Positions 20,065 through 29,483 of a stretch of DNA of 64,000 nucleotides are shown here, one piece after another. The position numbers and the translations under genes were made by a program. The DNA comes from Candidatus Latescibacterota bacterium (GTDB lineage Bacteria; Latescibacterota; UBA2968; UBA8231). The DNA lies in the NCBI GenBank assembly GCA_964291625.2, contig OZ220089.1, forward strand, positions 1,728,001 through 1,792,000. The letters run 5' to 3'. The notes beneath the pieces are model-generated. The model did no database searches. It was not told the DNA's origin and worked only from the letters and a program-made list of their open reading frames with translations. The stretch's first letter is position 1; each line of letters opens with the position of its first letter.

Positions 20065-20648
20065 GCTCGCTCGCGGATTCTCCGGGCGCCGGCTCGGGCC
20101 ATGGGCCGGTTGCCCGGGGTCATGGAACGATACCGCCCCGCGGCGCGGCCGGCGACCGGCGGCAGGGCTATCGACCGAGCCGCCAGGACCGGACGTCGAC
20201 GGCGGCGGCGCGGTATCCCGGCGATCGTCGCCCAGGCTTCGCCGCCAGGATCTGCGGCGGCGGCGGCCCGGGTCTCGAGAGCGCCGCACAGGCCTCCCCC
20301 GAGGCGCCACCCGGAGCCTCGGCCGCGACAGGGCACGGGGGCTCGCGATCGTCGCTTGGCCATCGTCTGAAGCCGCCGCCGGGAGGCGCACGGCGGCAGG
20401 GACGCGGCGGCAGGGACCCGGGATCCCGCGCGCCGGGACCCGCGGCCGGGGGACTCCGGGTCTCGCGAGCACCGCACAGGCCTTTCCCGACCGCCCGGAG
20501 CCGTGCGGCCGCCGGAGGACCGGGACCCTGCGCCGGGACGGGTTGGTTGACCGGTACTCCGTCCCCCGGGTAACGTAGGCCGCCTCGACCCCCTTCCACC
20601 GGCGGCCTGACCCGCCGGGAGAAGCCCACCGCAGCCCAGGATGATCCC

Positions 20649-22286
20649 ATGACCTCGCCCACCGCCGACTGGTCCGCCTTTCCCCAGGGGTACAGCCTGC
20701 TGCTGAACGAGAAGGCCCAGTTCCCACAGGACCTCCAGTCCTGGCGCACCCGGATCGACGGCTCCCATCAGCTCTTCGCCGACACCTTCTGGATCGCCCG
20801 CGGCACCAACCTCGAGCGGCGCCTGCACGAGGTGCGCAAGCATCCGGCCAACCCGCTCGTGGAGGACCTCTGGGCCTGCTGGGTGCACCCCGAGCCGGAG
20901 GGCGGCTACCGCCTCTTCGCCAACGGCTGGCGGGGCCGGCTCGCCGGGGCGCCGGAGCCCGCCGAGGCCCGCGAGCGGATCGTGTGGACGGCCCGCTCCG
21001 ACGACGGCCTCGGCTGGCGGTTCGACCCCGATCCGGTCCAGGCCCGCGACCATGCGTCCGCCCCCTGGCGGCCCATGCAGGGCCAGCTCCACGGGTTGCT
21101 CTTCGAGCCCTGGGAGTCCGATCCCGAGCGCCGCTGGAAGATGATCATCCTCGACCGCGCCAGGCCCCGCCAGCCGCCGGGAGAGACGCCGTTCACCGGG
21201 CCCACCGTCTCCATCTCTCTCTACACCTCGCCGGACGGACTGCGCTGGACCTGGCGGGCCGACACGTCCCTGTTGCGCAAGGGCACCTCGGGCCTCCGCC
21301 ACACCGGCCCCGAGGACCCCTTCCCCGAGGGCCTCGGCGACGTGCTGCAGGTGCGCTGGGACCCGGTCCTCGAGAAGTACGTGGCCCACACCAAGCACAC
21401 GGTCGGTCCGGACCCGCGCTTCCCCTTCTTCCTCCACGACCGGGACGGGGGCTCGACGGGCCGCTACGAGGCACGCGTCGCCGGCTGGGCCGAGAGCGAC
21501 GACCTGGTCCACTGGAGCGCCCCCCGGATCTACGCCTACCCCGACGCCGAGGACGCGCGCATGCCGGGGATGTACGGGATCTACGAGGCCGACGGGTTCC
21601 CCTACGAGGATATGTGGCTCGGCTGTCTCTCCATGACCGCCAACATCCCGGACCCGTCCTGCGAGGCGACACCGAGGCACGCCGGCGGCTTCAAGCGCAA
21701 CTGGATCCGGCTGGCCGGCAGCCGCGACGGGAGGCACTGGTACTACCTGGGCGACCGCCGGCCCCTGATCCCCGTCGGCCCCGACGACGGCTGGGACGCC
21801 CACTACCTGCGCATGGCCCAGAGAACGACCGTCGCCGGCCCGGTGATCGCGCAGGACGAGGTGCGGCTCTACTACCACGGGCACTACGGCGGCGTCCCCG
21901 GCTGCAAGGGGCTGACCCTGCCCAAGGACACCTGGCAGTCCGCCCTGGGGCTCGGGGTCGTGGACCGCGACCGCTTCGTCTCCCTCGAGGCCGGCGAAGA
22001 GCCCGGCGAGGTGATCACCCGGCCCCTGGTCTTCAGCGGCGCCGGAACCCTGTGCGTCAACGCCCGCGCCGACCGGGGCGGGTCGGTGCGAGCCGCGGTC
22101 CTTGAGGAGGACGGCACGCCGATCGCCGGTCTCGGCTTCGCCGACTGCGCTCCCCTGGACGGCGACAGCCTGCGGGCGCCCGTGTCGTGGTCGGGCGGCG
22201 ATTCCCTGGGGCCCCTGAAGGACCGCTACGTGCGCCTCGCCTTCCGCCTCGAGCGCGCCGGGATCTACTCCTTCTGGATCGAGTGA
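20649..22286 (+). CDS. Five-bladed beta-propeller glycoside hydrolase-like protein (GH32/43 clan-like) with C-terminal beta domain
   Basis: Asp-box-like repeats SDDGLGW, SPDGLRW, SDDLVHW, SRDGRHW. Also KHPANPL, RLYYHG and RDRFVSLEAG...TRPL. Confidence 0.65.
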   Translation: MTSPTADWSAFPQGYSLLLNEKAQFPQDLQSWRTRIDGSHQLFADTFWIARGTNLERRLHEVRKHPANPLVEDLWACWVHPEPEGGYRLFANGWRGRLAGAPEPAEARERIVWTARSDDGLGWRFDPDPVQARDHASAPWRPMQGQLHGLLFEPWESDPERRWKMIILDRARPRQPPGETPFTGPTVSISLYTSPDGLRWTWRADTSLLRKGTSGLRHTGPEDPFPEGLGDVLQVRWDPVLEKYVAHTKHTVGPDPRFPFFLHDRDGGSTGRYEARVAGWAESDDLVHWSAPRIYAYPDAEDARMPGMYGIYEADGFPYEDMWLGCLSMTANIPDPSCEATPRHAGGFKRNWIRLAGSRDGRHWYYLGDRRPLIPVGPDDGWDAHYLRMAQRTTVAGPVIAQDEVRLYYHGHYGGVPGCKGLTLPKDTWQSALGLGVVDRDRFVSLEAGEEPGEVITRPLVFSGAGTLCVNARADRGGSVRAAVLEEDGTPIAGLGFADCAPLDGDSLRAPVSWSGGDSLGPLKDRYVRLAFRLERAGIYSFWIE

Positions 22287-22396
22287 GGTGACCCGCGCCG
22301 GAGGCCCCGCCCTTGGGTGGCGCCGATGCAGGCCCCTATGATTCCGGGCTCCGTAGCCGGCCTTCGCCGGCCACCCTGCTGACCAAGGAGAGCCCC

Positions 22397-24495
22397 ATGG
22401 CGGACGGCACCTTCGTCGATCTGCGCACCCACTGGCTCGGCCGCATCGGGACCGCGGCCGTCCACTTCGCCCGCCACCAGGGCGGCGTCCTGCACGTGGC
22501 CCGGGACACCGGGGAAGTCCCCGAGCCCCCGGCGCCGGGGGAGGCGCCCGCCCACCTCGTGCGCCTGGGGACGCGCCTGCGCCTGCGGTCCCGCTCCGGC
22601 GGCGGCACCCGCCTCGTGCGCCAGGAGAACGACCCGGCGCCGAAGTTCCACTTCCTCGAGGAGGGGCCGGTGCGCCTCGGCATGCGGGTCGCCTTCGACC
22701 TGCTCGACGAGGACGGACGCTACCACGGCGACGGCCGCCAGGACGTGTGGATCTACCCCGAGGGCGACCTCCACGTGACTTGGGCCCTGCAGACCGTCGA
22801 TCCGGTGGGCCACGGCCCCGTGGAGGCGGTCTGGGCCGAGGTCGACGGCGACGCCGGGTATCGCCGGGTGAGCCTGGGGGACGCCGACTTGAGCGAGTCC
22901 GGGACGAGCGCGCGCCGGGCCTTCGGAGAGGAGCTGGCCTCCCGCCGGATCCTGCTCTCGGGCGCGGGACGGCCCCCGCTGGGCCTCTACTGGCAGCGCG
23001 ACGAGGGAGAGGCCCTGACCATGGGCTACGACCACGGGGTCGTGCCGCCCTTCTACGCCTCGCGCTGGCCCACGGGGATGCAGCAGTGGGCCCGGGGCAA
23101 CCTCGGCTGGAAGCGCTCCCCGTCGGCGGCGGTGGACGCGAGCCTCTGCGGCGAGGGGCCGCGGGTGCGGCTCTGCTGGCTCGAGGACGGCGCCGAGCCG
23201 GACATCACCCACGCCGCCACCCTGGTCCTCTCCGTGGCCGCGGACGAGGCGGACCTGGAGCGCCGCATCGCCGCCGTGCAGGAGCCGCTGACCCCCGAGG
23301 TCCACGGCGGCGGCTTCCGCAGCTACACCCCCGAGGACGGCACCTACGAGATCGGCCAGGGAGACCCGGCCTCAACGCGGATCACCTTCCCCCCGACGAG
23401 CACGAGCGCACCGTGCGCCTGCGCCACTACCGGCGCAAGACCGACCCGCGCCACCGCGGCGGCGTGGTGGCCACCGTCGACGGGCAGGTCACGCGGGCGC
23501 AGCTGATGTCGGAGGGGGAGCTCACCGACGACATCTGCGTGGTCATGGAGATGAGCCACCGCAACGACTCGGTGGACGACGTCATCGTCAGCGCCGTCCT
23601 CAAGGCGGACGGGCCGACGACGATCGGGATCGACAAGGTCCCGGGCATCCAGGCGACCTACCAGAGCGAGATCGCCGGCCTCGACCTGCAGCGCCGCGCC
23701 GGCAACCGCCGCGACGTGGCCGTCTGGAGCAGCCGCAACAAGGAGCGCCCCGAGCTGGAGCTCGACCTCTTCAGCGGCGCCGTGCACCGCTGGACCAACC
23801 ACGGGCAGACCGACCCGGTCCTGTGGGAGATGCCCATGGCCTGGTTCCTCTCGTGCGGCATCTCCCGCCACCACTACTGCAACACCAACGACACCTTCGA
23901 GGTGCTGGAGAACGGAGCGGAGCGGGTGCGGCTCCATTTCAGCGGCACCAACCCCAACCGAAGGGCGCGCTCCAGGACCTGGCTGACGATCCCCGGCGGC
24001 CACCCGCGGCCACGGATCGAGGTGCGCATGCGCATGGAGGTGGAGGAGCAGTGGGAGGGCGCCAACGTCGAGTTCTCCGACATCTTCCCCTACCCCTCGC
24101 GGCTGGTGGAGACCTGGCTCCACGACGCCGTGCTGTTCATGACCCGGGGCGGCTCGACCCTGATCTACAACCTGCGCCCGGACTGCAGCGCCCACAGCCC
24201 CGCCAAGGGCGACCCGGGACCGCACCTGTTCTACGGGCTCTTCGCCGCCGACCACGGCAACGTCCTGGCCTTCTTCGAGAACCCCCAACACCCGCAGATC
24301 CCCCTTCACTACTCCGTGTGCGGCAACTACATCGACGTGCACGTCAACCTCCACCCCGAGCGGGACCCGGTGCCGGCCGGCACGGTCTTCGAGGTGAGCT
24401 ACGCGGCCGAGCTCTACGGCGACGGCGGCACGAGCGCCGACGAGGTTCGCGCCATCGGCGAGCGCAGCCTCGAAGCCGGGACCCTGGTGATCTGA
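22397..24495 (+). pseudogene. Hypothetical ~700 aa protein split by a 1-nt frameshift at a C6 run (23389-23394), or a sequencing error
   Basis: Protein-like sequence runs MADGTF...ITFP in one frame and continues PDEHERTVRLRH...GTLVI in another. One extra C joins them. AAGGAG RBS lies upstream of 22397. Confidence 0.75.
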
Positions 24496-24503
24496 AGGAA
24501 GAG

Positions 24504-27026
24504 ATGACGATGGAACCGATTCGACTGACGGTGACGGCCCGCGACGGCCAGGAGCGCTCGAGCTGGCCGCTGACCCGCGGCGTGACCCTCCCCGAGGGGG
24601 CCGTTGGCGATGCCGGCGAGCTGACGCTGGCCGGACCGGATGGCGCGGTCCCGGTACAGCTCCGGCCCCTGGCGCGCTGGCCGGACGGCTCCCTCAAGTG
24701 GGTGCTGGCCGACTTCCAGGCCCGCGTCGAGGGCGGCGGGACCCCCGTCTACCACCTGCGGGCCGGTGAGCCCGCCGCGGTCTCCCCGGAAGAGGCGGTC
24801 GAGGTGACAGAGACGGAGGAGGCCGTGGTCGTGTGCACCGGACCGCTGCGCTTCTCCCTCTCCCGGCTGCGCCCCGGGCTCTTCGAGGAGGTCGCGACCG
24901 GCCGCCGCGTCGACGGCGTCTTCCAGCCGGAGGCCGACCTGTCCGGGGACGGCGGCGAGCTGTGGGCCCGAATCCGCGAGGGCGAGTTCCTCGGCGGCAC
25001 CCGCCGCCGGATCTACGGCATGGGCGGCGAGTGCCTGGCCAGCCTGGCGCCGGAGGAGTGGTCGGTGGAGGTGGAGGAGGCCGGCCCCCTGCGTACGGTC
25101 GTCACCTGCCGGGGCGCCCTGGAGCAGCGGGCGCCGATGCACCACTACACCGGCTACCGGCCCCTGCGCTTCGTGGTGCGCATCCACGCCTTCGCCGGCC
25201 AACCCTTCCTGCGCCTCCAGCACACCGTGGTCTTCACCCTCAACCCGCGGGAGACGCAGGTCGCCGAGATCGGCCTACGCCTGCCCCTGCCCGATGGCGG
25301 CGAGGGGGTCCTCTGCCGCTCGGCGGCGGAGCCCCACCGCGCCGTGGGCCTGCCCGCCGGCGGCGAGCTGCTCCTGGCCCAGCAGGAGGACGCCCACTTC
25401 CGCCAGATCGAGACCGGCGGCGAAGGGCGGGTCAGCGAGGGGGAGCGCACCGAGGGCTGGCTCACGGCGGAGAGCGGAGCCGGCGGCCTGGGCCTGGCCA
25501 TGCGCCACATGGCCGAGCAGCATCCCACGGCGCTGCGGGTCTCCGGCGGCGGCCTCGCCGCCATGCCCTGGCACCACCCCGAGGGCCGGCTCCTGAGCCT
25601 GGAGCGCTACTCGGAGGAGGTCGCCTGGCACGAGGGCGAGGGGGTCTACTCCGACGGCACGGGCGCGGCCCGGACCAGCGAGATCTTCGCCGCCTGGTTC
25701 GCCTCAGGCGACTCGGAGAGCGCCGTCGACAACCTGCGGGGCCTGCTGAATCCGCCCCACGCGGCGGTCGACCCCGGGCACCTGGCGCGGTGCCGGGCCA
25801 CCGGCGGGTTCGCCCCGGCCGGCGGCGCCTTCCCGCGCTCGGACCGCATGCTCGCCGGCTTCATGGAGTGGATGCAGCGGCAGATCGAGATCGGCCGCTG
25901 GTACGGCTTCTTCGACTACGGCGACGCCCTCGTGGCCTGGGACGAGGCCGATGACGACTGGCGCTTCACCGGCCGCTGGGGCTGGTGCAACAGCGAGTGG
26001 GACCCGCGCCACGGCGTCTGGATCGAGTACCTCCGGACCGGCGACCCCGGTTGGTTCGACCTCGGCGAGGCGATGACCCGCCACTCCACCGACGTCGACA
26101 CCTGCCACTGGCACCCCTTCCGCCCCTACTTCGTGGGCGGCTGCTACCGCCACAGCACCGACCACTTCGGCGACGAGCCCTGCGCCTCCCACACCTTCAT
26201 CGACAACTGGGTCGACCACTACTACCTCACCGGCGACCTGCGCACCCTGGAGGTCCTGCGCGAGGCCGGGGGCTTCCTGCACCGCTTCCACTGGACCGAG
26301 GACGCCCAGTACAGCTTCAGCCTGCGCGGCATCGGCAACGCCTTCCGCGGCCTCCTCTACCTCTACGAGGTGACTGGGGAGGAGTCCTTCCTGCGGCGGG
26401 CCGAGGAGGTCTGGGAGGTCATCGCCCGGGGGCAGAACGACGACGGCAGCTGGCACAAGCGCTTCCAGGTGTCGACGCCGGACCGGCTGGCCCTGCAGAA
26501 CCCCTACGGCATGGCCTCCGAGGGCACGACCCTGGCCGTGGAGCTGGGGGCGCCCCCCTTCAGCGACGAGGAGCACCTGGAGCTGCGGGGGCGGGACCGG
26601 CCGATCGTGCGGGTCATGCCCTACGAGGAGCAGAAGGGCTACCAGACCCACTACCTGCTCATCGGCGTCGAGCTGCTGCACCGGCTCACCGGGAGGGAGG
26701 ACGTAGGCGCCGCCTACGTGCGGGCCGTGGACTGGTTCTGCGGGGGGCCGGGGTCCACGGAGCCGGAGTTCGCCCTGTCGCAGCACTACTACGGGATCGT
26801 CTGCCGGCACCTGGCCTACGCCTGGCGCCTCACGGGGCACCGGCCCTACCTGGAGATCGGTCGGGCCGTCCTCGAGCGGCTCATGCGGATGCAGGACTGG
26901 AGCGACGACCCCAAGAGGCGGGGCTCCGTGGGCATGAGCCCCATGGGGCTCAGCCTGCTGTTCTTCGGGGTGCCGTACCTGCTGGAGGCGCTGGCCGAGT
27001 CGGGGATGGAGGAGCCGGGGGGCTGA
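24504..27026 (+). CDS. Exo-rhamnogalacturonan-lyase (PcRGLX/YetA)-like protein
   Basis: N-terminus WPLTRGVTLPEG...PVQLRPLARWPDGSLKWVLADF. Helical region RWYGFFDYGD, WCNSEWD, YLRTGD, MTRHSTDVD. Confidence 0.7.
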   Translation: MTMEPIRLTVTARDGQERSSWPLTRGVTLPEGAVGDAGELTLAGPDGAVPVQLRPLARWPDGSLKWVLADFQARVEGGGTPVYHLRAGEPAAVSPEEAVEVTETEEAVVVCTGPLRFSLSRLRPGLFEEVATGRRVDGVFQPEADLSGDGGELWARIREGEFLGGTRRRIYGMGGECLASLAPEEWSVEVEEAGPLRTVVTCRGALEQRAPMHHYTGYRPLRFVVRIHAFAGQPFLRLQHTVVFTLNPRETQVAEIGLRLPLPDGGEGVLCRSAAEPHRAVGLPAGGELLLAQQEDAHFRQIETGGEGRVSEGERTEGWLTAESGAGGLGLAMRHMAEQHPTALRVSGGGLAAMPWHHPEGRLLSLERYSEEVAWHEGEGVYSDGTGAARTSEIFAAWFASGDSESAVDNLRGLLNPPHAAVDPGHLARCRATGGFAPAGGAFPRSDRMLAGFMEWMQRQIEIGRWYGFFDYGDALVAWDEADDDWRFTGRWGWCNSEWDPRHGVWIEYLRTGDPGWFDLGEAMTRHSTDVDTCHWHPFRPYFVGGCYRHSTDHFGDEPCASHTFIDNWVDHYYLTGDLRTLEVLREAGGFLHRFHWTEDAQYSFSLRGIGNAFRGLLYLYEVTGEESFLRRAEEVWEVIARGQNDDGSWHKRFQVSTPDRLALQNPYGMASEGTTLAVELGAPPFSDEEHLELRGRDRPIVRVMPYEEQKGYQTHYLLIGVELLHRLTGREDVGAAYVRAVDWFCGGPGSTEPEFALSQHYYGIVCRHLAYAWRLTGHRPYLEIGRAVLERLMRMQDWSDDPKRRGSVGMSPMGLSLLFFGVPYLLEALAESGMEEPGG

Positions 27027-27029
27027 GCC

Positions 27030-29483
27030 TCAGGGGACCGGCTGCGTGGCCGGCGGAGCCTCGTCGACGCGGACGTCCCAGCCCTGCACGTCGACGCCGC
27101 CGTTGCGGTTCTGGACGCGGATCGTCACCGTGTGGGTGCTCACGTCGGCCGGCCCGGGGGCCAGGGTCATGACCCCCGTCTCCCGGTCGAGGCTGATGAA
27201 GGGCGGGGCCTCGTCGAGGATGAACAGCAGCTCGTCGCCGTCCCGGAAGGCCGCCTGGTAGCGCCCGCCGGCCCCCGGGTCCTCCTGCTTCTCCGGATCG
27301 GTGATCGCGCGCAGATCGCCGATGGAGCGGATCGCCCTCACCCGGTACTGGAGGCGTTCACCGGCCGCCATGGCCGTCGGCGGGGTCGAGTAGATGAACG
27401 GCCGCGGTGCCTCCACGTAGTCCGAGGGGCCGCTGCGGACGCCGTCGGCGTCGACGGCGACGACCCGGTAGAAGCCGCGGTTGCCGGCCTCCGGCGAAAT
27501 CCCGGCGCCGGCGACGACGATCGACGTGTCGCCGCTGGCCGCCAGCCGGTTGCCCGGGACATGCCGGGACTCGGCGCCGTCGAAGACGGCGTAGGAGTCG
27601 GCGCTGGCCGTGAAGCCGCGCTCGTCGCTGCCGTAGATCTCGTAGCTCCGGGGCGGCGTCCCCTCTTCGGCGGGGCGCCAGCGAAGGGTGATCGACCGCG
27701 CCTCCCAGTCGGTGGCCAGCTCCAGGTCCCGGGGCACGCCCGGCGCCCTCGGGGTGAAGCTCCAGACCTCGCTCCAGGGGCCCCAGAGGCCATCGGCGCT
27801 GCGCGCCCGGACCCGCCAGTAGTAGCGCTCGCCCGCGTTCAGCAGCCCCTCGAAGGGGACCTGCCAGCGGGCCTCGCCCGCGGCCGGAGTCTTCGACGAG
27901 AGCTTCTCGAAGACGGGCGACAGGATGCGGCGCATGTCGGGATGGCGGGACAGCTCGAAGTGGTAGTCCTCGGCCTCCGGCACCGGCTCCCAGCGGAACT
28001 CGACCTGCGTTCCCGCCACCTCGGCGCCCGCCAGCGGATGAAGGGCCTTCGCCGGAGGCGGGGGAGGCGCCAGGTCGTGCCGCTCCTGCCAGGCGTGGAC
28101 GACGCGCACCCGGCGCGGGCCCGGGCTCTCGTCGGTGTAGACGATCTCGTTGGCCCCCAGCTCGAGGGCCGGCAGCGACAGGGGCGCCATCTGCAGGTCG
28201 GACTCGATCTCGAGGGAGGCGATGCCGCCGCCGGAACCGCGCAGCCGCAGGCGGTAGTCGTAGCACGCCTCTAGCCGCGGCAAGCCGTCCTCGAGGGCGA
28301 ACTCGCCGTCCCCGCGGATGTCCGCCAGGTGGGTCCAGCCCTCCTCGCCCTCGCGGGCCAGCTCCAGGCTCCAGGGGCCGCTCTCCGGCGCCATCTGCAG
28401 GCGCACGCGCCCTCCCACGAAGACGTAGGGGCTGCGCAGGCGGTAGACGACGCTCCCCTCCTCCTGCGGGTCGAGGACCCTCAGCCCGTCGTCCCCGGCC
28501 TCCAGGTTCGCCGACGCCTCCGTCCAGCGCCCGAAGGCGGAGTCCAGCCGCGGCCGGTAGTGCAGGCGGCCGTTGGCCAGCCGCGGCGGCGGCCGCTCGG
28601 AGAGTCCGTGGTAGCGCCCCCGGTCGGCCCACTCCCAGCGCAGCCCCTCGCCCGGCCGCAGGGTGATCTCCATGCGGTGGCCGCCGATGTAGGGCCGGCC
28701 TCCCGACCGCGGTCCGAGGTAGCAGAACAGGGAGGCGGAGAACTCGTTCGTCCGGCGGTCCTCGGCGGCCAGGATGCCGTAGGCGTGGGAGCGCTTCATC
28801 AGGTCGTGGTCGCGCGAGATCTCGGCCTCGCCGGCCACCGTGCGGTTGTCGCGCATGAGCACCAGCAGGTGCTCGTCGCTGTCGAGGAGGTGGTAGGCGC
28901 CGTCGAAGAACACCTCGGTGGTGCAGTGGCCGTGGGGCAGGCCGCGGCGGATCTTCAGCCCCGCCCGCTGCCACAGGTTGGACATGGTGTAGGCCGCGTC
29001 CCAGCACAGGGTGTAGCCGTAGACGTTGAGCATCTTCACCGTGTCCTTCACCTCGTCCGTGCCCGGCGTCGAGTGGTAGCGCCGCCGCCGGGCGAACTCC
29101 CAGATGGCGCGCGCCTTCTGCGCCTCCGTCATCTCCGGCTCGAGGATCCCCGAGAGGATGTGGTCCATCGAGCGCCAGTCGCGCCGGCCGTCGACGAGGA
29201 CCCAGGGATTCACGACCTCGTCGTCGCCCACGTTCTCCATCAGGACGTAGCGGTTCGGCTCCCACGCCTGTCCGTAGACGCCGTAGCCGACGGGGTCGCG
29301 GGTGTTGGCCCCGTCCACGGTGCCGCCCATGTCGATGCGCCAGGCCTGGCGCGCCCGGGTCACGATCTGCTCTTGCTCGAAGTCGAGGGGCCCCGCCTCG
29401 CCGCTCGCCCCGGCGGCGACACCGAGGGCCACGGCCGAGGCCACCAGGCCGGGGGCCTTGGGGTCGGTCTGCGACTCTCTCAT
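27030..29483 (-). CDS. Secreted protein with transglutaminase-like domain, FN3-like repeats and C-terminal Ig-like domain
   Basis: Signal-like N-terminus, GYTLCWD...GHCTTEVFFDGAYHLLDSD (Cys-His-Asp), YYWRVRA...GPWSEVWSF, FYRVVAVD..G.RSGPS. Confidence 0.65.
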   Translation of the reverse strand: MRESQTDPKAPGLVASAVALGVAAGASGEAGPLDFEQEQIVTRARQAWRIDMGGTVDGANTRDPVGYGVYGQAWEPNRYVLMENVGDDEVVNPWVLVDGRRDWRSMDHILSGILEPEMTEAQKARAIWEFARRRRYHSTPGTDEVKDTVKMLNVYGYTLCWDAAYTMSNLWQRAGLKIRRGLPHGHCTTEVFFDGAYHLLDSDEHLLVLMRDNRTVAGEAEISRDHDLMKRSHAYGILAAEDRRTNEFSASLFCYLGPRSGGRPYIGGHRMEITLRPGEGLRWEWADRGRYHGLSERPPPRLANGRLHYRPRLDSAFGRWTEASANLEAGDDGLRVLDPQEEGSVVYRLRSPYVFVGGRVRLQMAPESGPWSLELAREGEEGWTHLADIRGDGEFALEDGLPRLEACYDYRLRLRGSGGGIASLEIESDLQMAPLSLPALELGANEIVYTDESPGPRRVRVVHAWQERHDLAPPPPPAKALHPLAGAEVAGTQVEFRWEPVPEAEDYHFELSRHPDMRRILSPVFEKLSSKTPAAGEARWQVPFEGLLNAGERYYWRVRARSADGLWGPWSEVWSFTPRAPGVPRDLELATDWEARSITLRWRPAEEGTPPRSYEIYGSDERGFTASADSYAVFDGAESRHVPGNRLAASGDTSIVVAGAGISPEAGNRGFYRVVAVDADGVRSGPSDYVEAPRPFIYSTPPTAMAAGERLQYRVRAIRSIGDLRAITDPEKQEDPGAGGRYQAAFRDGDELLFILDEAPPFISLDRETGVMTLAPGPADVSTHTVTIRVQNRNGGVDVQGWDVRVDEAPPATQPVP

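Noticed and set aside
20065-20648. ~580-bp gap between divergent genes with short GGCGGCAGGGAC and GGGACCC repeats; possible ncRNA or CRISPR
   Set aside because: No regular repeat-spacer period and no recognisable RNA family. Consistent with GC-rich low complexity.
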